Shown: positions 60,465 to 64,000 of the stretch, piece by piece
Layout: every line of letters begins with the position of its first letter
Numbering within the stretch: position 1 is the stretch's first letter
Origin: the human T2T-CHM13v2.0 reference genome, Homo sapiens
Direction: 5' to 3' (one strand)
Assembly (NCBI RefSeq): GCF_009914755.1
Contig: NC_060936.1
DNA: 64,000 nt
Notes under the pieces: generated by a model
Database searches by the model: none
What the model was told of the DNA's origin: nothing
What the model saw: the letters and a program-made list of their open reading frames with translations, nothing else
Position numbers and translations under genes: made by a program

Positions 60465-62700
60465 TTAACTTTTTACTTTGCAGTGATTATATTCATAGGG
60501 AGTTGCAAAATAGTAGGTACAGTCCCTCGGATGAGTCACACAGCTTCCCCTAAAGGTGACATCTTCCATAACAGCAGTTACACTATCAAAACTAGGGAAT
60601 TGGCATTGGTTCAATATTGTTAGACGACAGACCTTATGCAGTTCTCACAACTTTTACATGTACTTGTGTGTGTGTGGGGGTGTGGGGGTGTGTGTGCTTT
60701 CTATGCAAGTTGACCTCATGTATAGTATCTTGTAACCACCACCACCACCATCAACATAGAACTGTTTCATCACCAAGTGGAACTCCCTTGTGCTGCCCCT
60801 TTTCAGTCACATCACCCACCTGTCCCTGTCCCCCTGGTCACTGGTAATCCATTCTCCACCTCTATAGTTTTGTCATTTTGAGGATGGTATTACATGAAAT
60901 TATAGTGTGTAACCTTTTATGCATTTGGCCTTTTTCACTCAGCTTCATGCTGTGAAGATCCTTCAAGTTGGTGTACATATCAATAGTTTATTTATTTTTA
61001 TTCCTGAGTAGTAGTCCACTGAATGGATATGCTAGAGTTTGTTGAATCCCTTACTCATTGAACAAAATTTGGGTGGTTTCCAGTTTGAGGCTATTATGAA
61101 TAAAGCTTTTATTAACATTCATGCACAGGCTTTTTTGAACATAAGTTTTCATTCTTTGGGATATAGGCCAAAGAGTGCCATTGCTGAGTCACATGGTAAG
61201 TGCATGTTGAATTTTATAAGAAACTGCCAAGCTATTTTCCAGAATGGCTGTACCATTTTCTATTCATGCTAGCAATATATGACATGTCTGGTGTTCTTTG
61301 CATTCTTGCTAGCATGTGGTGTGATTTTTCAACTTATCCATTCTAATAGGTATAGTGATAGCTCATTGTGGTTTTAATTTGTATTTTTCCCTAATGGTTA
61401 ATGATGCCAATCATATTTACATGTGCATATTTGCTGTTCGTTTCTTTTTTTTTTTGAGACAGGGTCTCACTTTGTCACCCAGGCTGAAGTGCAGTGGTGC
61501 TGTCAGAGCTCAATGCAGTTTTAACCTTCTGGGCTCAAGCAATCCTCCTACCTCAGCCTCCCAAGTAGCTAGAACTACTGGCACATGCCATCATACCTGG
61601 CTAATTTTAACATTTTTCTGTAGAGATGGGGTCTCCCTGTGTTGTCCAGGCCAGTCTCCAACTCCTGTGCCCAACTGATTCTCCTGCTTCAGCCTTCCAA
61701 AGTTCTGGGATTATAAGCGTGAGCCACTGCACCTGGCCTCATATCCCTTTTTTGGTGAGATGTCTGCTCGTGTCTTTTGTCCATTTTCTCAGGGGATTTT
61801 TTAAAATGTGTTCAGTTTTAAGAGTTCTTCATATATCCTAGATGCAAGTCCTTTGTCAGATATACGGTTTGCAAATGTTTTCACTCAGTCTATAGCATGC
61901 CATTTCATCCTCTTATAGGATCCTTCACAAAGCCAAAGTCCTAAATTTCGATGAAGTCCATTTGATCCATTTTTTCTTCCATCAATTACTATTTTGGTGC
62001 CATGTCTAAGGACTAAGTCTTGAATATTTATCCCATATTTTCTTCTAAAAGTTTTATAGTTTTACATTTTATATTTAAATCTGTGGTCCATTTGAATTGA
62101 TTTTTATATAAGGTAGGAGCTTTAGGTTGCGGTTCAATGTTTTGCACATGACAGTTCAATTGTTCCAATAGCACCTATTGAAAGAGTGTCTTTGTTTACT
62201 GGGTTGCCTTTGCACCTCTGTCAGAAGTCAATTGGCTGTATTTGTGTAGACCTATTTCTAGACTCTCTGTATTCTTCTTTTTACCTTTTATCTTTGCATG
62301 TAAATTATAGAATCATAGAATCATCTTGTCTCTATAAAATATCCTGTGCTGGGATTTTGATGGAGTTGCATTAAAGGTATAGATCAATTTGGGAAGAATT
62401 AAAATCTTTACTGTGTTGGGTCTTCCAATCCATGAATCCATATACTCTTGATTTATTTAGAACTTCTTTGATTTTGTTTACAGCATTGTGTAAGTTTTCA
62501 GCACACAGATCCTATATATACCTAGAAGTTTTATGTTTCAGAGATATTATAGGTGCAATTATTTCAAAATTTTTGGTTTTATTTATTGCTAGTGTTTAGA
62601 AATTCAGCTGTGTGTTGTGTGTTGACCTTGTATTACTTTTAGGGTGTGTGTATGTGTGTGTGTGTGTGCATTCCTTGGAATTTTCTATGTAGAAATCATC
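60465..62700 (-). mobile_element. Old L1 (L1MC/MD-like) 3' portion with antisense AluJ at 61441-61737
   Basis: Antisense L1 motifs (gctcattgtggttttaattt, ttttcttctaaaagttttatag, tcttccaatccatgaa). Confidence 0.78.
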
Positions 62701-62913
62701 TTGCTTATTAATAAGAATGATTTCTTTCCCCCAAGGAAGTCATTTTTCCATCCAAGGAGTCACTCTGGTTCTCTCTCCATGTCTGTCTATACAGTGCTCA
62801 CCATTCTGGGAAGAAGAAAGGTCCCTTATCTAGAGCTCCACTCATCTTTGGGCCTTACGGGTGTGTGTGTTTTGGTAGAGGGAGTGTTCAAGTATCTCCC
62901 CAACAATGTGGAG

Positions 62914-63212
62914 ACCAGGTGTGTGTGGTGGCTCACACCTGTAATCCCAGCACTTTGGGAGGCCAAGATGGGAGGAATACTTGAGCCAAGAGTTGGAGAC
63001 CAACCTAAGCAAAATAGTGAAACCCAGTATCTGTAAAAATACAAACATTAGCTGGGTGTGATGACGTGCTTCTCTAGTCCCAGCTACTTGTGGGAGGCTG
63101 AGTTGACAGGATCCATTGATCCCAGGAAGTCAAGGCTGCAGTGAGCCATGATTGTGCCACTGCACTCCAGCCTAGGCAACAAAGTGAGACCTTGTCTCAA
63201 AAAACAAAAAAC
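62914..63212 (+). mobile_element. AluJ
   Basis: Diverged dimer with J-type right arm (gtcaaggctgcagtgagccatgat). Confidence 0.9.
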
Positions 63213-63802
63213 CAATACGGAGATCTAGCAGAAACGCATTTAACTGTTATATTGGTATCTGATGCAATAAAGCAATTTTTCATTGCTTTGAGATAGAAAT
63301 AAAGTTAAAACCAAAAGTGGCCTCACAAAAAAACTGTGCAAATATCTGTATGTAGAACTCTCTCTGACTTGTCCCTCTCACCAGGCTACAAGGAGAAGGG
63401 AGAGCTGGGAGCTGGGAGGGGAGCAGGAAGAGGGAGATCTGTGTAGGGAGGGGGAAGGGTGCCCATCCGTGACAATTGTAGGACATGTCTTTCTTCAAAA
63501 TGTGGCTGCTGGAGAACCTAGACTCTGGCAACTGCGAGCTGCCCTGTGAGTCAGGTTTGGGCTTCCCCGCCTGCCTTCAGACAGGACCTGTGTCATGTGG
63601 CAGCTGGATAGCATGAGTGGAAGGACATCAGCAGAGTGGGGAACTGGGTGGTAGAGACCCTCACACCTGCCAGGAAGGTCAATGTGACTGCGAAAACACC
63701 ACCAGATTGAAAATCTTCCTATATAGACCCTTGATATATCAGCCACTCCACCCCACTGGTCACTGTGGATGGGTGAACTAAACATGTCTTTCCACAAAAT
63801 GG

Positions 63803-64000
63803 TGAGACAGCCAAGTAAAAAGTGGTCCCTGGAGAACCTCCGACTGGCCTGTGCACTGGGAGGATGGGGCAGGGCCTCAGGAAGTTCGTGCTGTTTGTAG
63901 GGGGGAGGAGCCTGGCCTCTCCTGTTCCTGGGTGGTGACCTGGAATTCAATCTGTGAGATGGGGGCCTTTTAACAGGAACCCCTTTAGCTTTGCTGAGAA
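63803..64000 (+). mobile_element. MER61-family ERV1 LTR (5' part, runs off window)
   Basis: tgagacagccaagt...ggaggagcctggcctctcctgttcctgggtgg. Confidence 0.8.

Noticed and set aside
63481-63789. p53 half-sites GGACATGTCT and AAACATGTCT near a MER61 LTR
   Set aside because: Isolated half-sites ~300 bp apart with no adjacent partner decamer.

Overview
Human genomic DNA; from recalled sequence this is the CAPRIN2-LINC00941 interval on chr12p11.21. Bases 1-403 (minus strand) encode the N-terminal 134 codons of Caprin-2, running off the window edge and therefore missing from the ORF track. They are preceded by a uAUG-rich leader and a CpG-island promoter (~940-1960). A second CpG island (~42.1-43.9 kb) holds the promoter and first exon of the plus-strand, five-exon lncRNA LINC00941 (~42.3-49.3 kb), whose exons 2, 4 and 5 use TE-derived splice sites. 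The rest is repeat-dense: a complete MER4A1-type provirus with both LTRs, PBS, PPT and TSD (17.4-25.15 kb), several solo ERV1 LTRs, MaLR/ERVL elements, an MST element with internal sequence, old L1 fragments, hAT MITEs, MIR/L2 and about 25 Alus including a 5'-truncated AluYa5. Nearly all ORF-track entries are spurious (Alu, LTR or GC-rich frames). I see no new protein-coding system. The best leads are: four AUG-stop elements among nine uAUGs in the CAPRIN2 leader; a templated 28-bp insertion copied from a site 1.8 kb away; an ETS/AP-1 composite element upstream of LINC00941; candidate exons (including a 21-nt microexon) for a long divergent transcript; and a close tail-to-tail MER4 LTR inverted repeat. 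Repeat subfamily names are from memory and need Dfam/RepeatMasker confirmation.
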